Shown piece by piece: positions 62,658-64,000 of a stretch of DNA of 64,000 bases; positions within the stretch are counted from its first letter, which is position 1; every line of letters starts with the position of its first letter. The notes under the pieces were generated by a model. That model was not told the origin of the DNA, made no database searches, and saw nothing but the letters and a program-made list of their open reading frames with translations. Made by a program: the position numbers and the translations under genes. The DNA comes from an uncultured Eubacteriales bacterium. Its GTDB lineage: Bacteria; Bacillota; Clostridia; Oscillospirales; CAG-272. The DNA lies in NCBI GenBank assembly GCA_934503195.1, contig CAKSVM010000002.1, forward strand, positions 850 through 64,849. The letters are read 5' to 3'.

Positions 62658-63995
62658 ATGGGATTCATTTCATTCATGAAAGGACTGATAAGGCAATTGT
62701 TCTCGCCTGACGAATTAAAAACGGTACTCGGAGTCAAGCCGGTCATGACGCTTGAATCCACTGAAAAATTAAAGCTCTGGTCTGACATGTACACCGGAAA
62801 CGCGCCGTGGCTGTCCGACGCGGTGAAGAGCCTGCGGTCTGAGCAGGGCATTGTCCGCGAGTTCTCGAATATCTCGGTCGGCGAAATGACCGCTTCGGTT
62901 TCGGACGCGAATCTGGACGCGGCTCTGAAGGCGGCTCTCAGAAACTTCAACGTCAGCTTCCAGTCAGGACTCGCGACAGGGGCGTTGATCGTCAAGCCGA
63001 TGCCTGATCTCACAGTACAGTTCCTGCCGCAGACGGCTTTCGTGCCGCTTTCCTACGACATCCGCGGGCGGCTTATTGACGTCGTGTTTCCGGAAGTCGT
63101 GCAGGATGGCGAACGATGGCTGACGAGGCTTGAATGGCATCGGCTCGACGAGACGGGGCTGACGATAACAAACCGCGCTTTTGTAAGCTATTCCAAAAAC
63201 CGCTTAGGAACAGAGACCGATTTATCAGTTATAGACAAATGGGCGGCGTTATCGCCTGAGACGCGCTACCCCGGCATGACGCGCCCGATCTTCGGCTATT
63301 ACCGAAATCCTATTGACTCGCCGGACAACACCGGAATTTCGATCTTCGACCCGGCGGTCGATTTAATTAAAATCGCCGACACGCAGTTCGGACGGCTCGA
63401 ATGGGAATTCGAATCCGGCGAGCGCGTCATTCACGCCGATCCGGCGGCGTTCAAATCCGACGAGAACGGCAAGGGCAAATTCACACTGCCGAAGCTGAAC
63501 AAACGGCTCTACCGCGCGATCGACATCGAGGCGGGCGAAGGGAAGAGCTTCTTCAGCGAATTCTCGCCGGAGTTCCGGGAGACTTCGATTATCGCCGGAC
63601 TTGAAGAGTTCAAGCGTTCAATCGAGTTCGCGGTCGGCTTGTCCTACGGCGATATTTCGAACCCTCAGACTGTGGAGAAGACCGCGACCGAAATCCTCGC
63701 CGCGAAGAAGCGCAAGTACAACACGGTAAACGCGATTCAGCAGAATCTGCGTGACTGTCTCGACGATCTTGTTTTTGCGCTCGCCTTCTGGTCGGCGAAA
63801 ACCATGTCGGGCTACGAATTCGTCTGCGACTTCAAGGACAGCATTCTGACCGATGAGGAGACCGAGCGTCAGCAGGACCGTCAGGACGTTTCGATGGGTG
63901 TCATGCGGCTTGAAGAGTACCGCGCGAAGTGGTACGGCGAGAGCGTCGACGAAGCCGCGAAGAACCTTCCTGAGCCGACCGAGGTTGTACTGTAA
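62658..63995 (+). CDS. Phage portal protein (SPP1 gp6-like)
   Basis: 445 aa directly after terL, with typical size and position. A next gene starts at the TAATG overlap at 63995. Confidence 0.8.
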   Translation: MGFISFMKGLIRQLFSPDELKTVLGVKPVMTLESTEKLKLWSDMYTGNAPWLSDAVKSLRSEQGIVREFSNISVGEMTASVSDANLDAALKAALRNFNVSFQSGLATGALIVKPMPDLTVQFLPQTAFVPLSYDIRGRLIDVVFPEVVQDGERWLTRLEWHRLDETGLTITNRAFVSYSKNRLGTETDLSVIDKWAALSPETRYPGMTRPIFGYYRNPIDSPDNTGISIFDPAVDLIKIADTQFGRLEWEFESGERVIHADPAAFKSDENGKGKFTLPKLNKRLYRAIDIEAGEGKSFFSEFSPEFRETSIIAGLEEFKRSIEFAVGLSYGDISNPQTVEKTATEILAAKKRKYNTVNAIQQNLRDCLDDLVFALAFWSAKTMSGYEFVCDFKDSILTDEETERQQDRQDVSMGVMRLEEYRAKWYGESVDEAAKNLPEPTEVVL

Positions 63996-64000
63996 TGCTC

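Larger units (their letters stand above)
43240..64000. mobile_element. Prophage (siphovirus-type, lysogeny-replication-late/packaging order), left end only; continues beyond the window
   Basis: Contiguous phage modules from the integrase at 43362 to the portal at 63995. The left boundary lies between the MATE terminator and the int stop. The att core is not definable without the right end. Confidence 0.9.

Noticed and set aside
43240-64000. Phage-inducible chromosomal island (PICI) instead of a prophage
   Set aside because: The presence of terL and portal genes, a full Sak4/helicase/primase replication module and the start of a morphogenesis operon all point to a complete-type prophage. The terL frameshift may nonetheless make it defective.

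Overview
High-GC (roughly 58-60% by eye) Firmicutes/Clostridia-like chromosomal segment; the taxon is inferred from gene content (FabK-type fab cluster, large lipoprotein SBPs, serpin, Gram-positive promoters and RBSs). Bases 1-43.2 kb carry housekeeping and carbohydrate-use genes. These are an edge-truncated TetM/EF-G-like GTPase missing from the ORF track, MFS+GDPD, TldE/TldD, melA (GH4) beside an AraC regulator split by a 192-bp MITE, DeoR+GDPD and a GH36 alpha-galactosidase. They continue with an ECF sigma/anti-sigma pair, a type II fatty-acid cluster fabH-acpP-fabK-fabD-fabG-fabF-fabZ-accD-accA (no accBC), a DUF4097/PTH2/beta-lactamase-like operon, kdgK, LiaF-like and PrsA-like genes. A glycan locus follows (GH78-like, AraC, unknown GH-like protein, orphan SBPs including one decayed paralog), then an esterase, serpin, GNAT, SIMPL and MATE gene. 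Bases 43.2-64 kb are the left part of a siphovirus-type prophage: integrase, a low-GC orphan gene, an ImmA/XRE/Cro switch, a Sak4-type replication module, an ori-like iteron region, RusA, a sigma-like late regulator, terS, a frameshifted terL and portal. Its right end lies outside the window. The most interesting items are: (1) a family of about 130-nt structured units in tandem pairs at two loci, with compensatory base changes in two hairpins; (2) a MITE whose in-silico excision restores the AraC ORF exactly; (3) a low-GC, membrane-anchored 521-aa orphan in the prophage moron position; (4) a second short intergenic repeat family of about 76 nt; (5) the phage ori-like iterons and the terL frameshift. 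Many long ORFs in the track are antisense shadows of real genes, as expected for high-GC DNA, and were rejected. No CRISPR array, rRNA or tRNA was seen.
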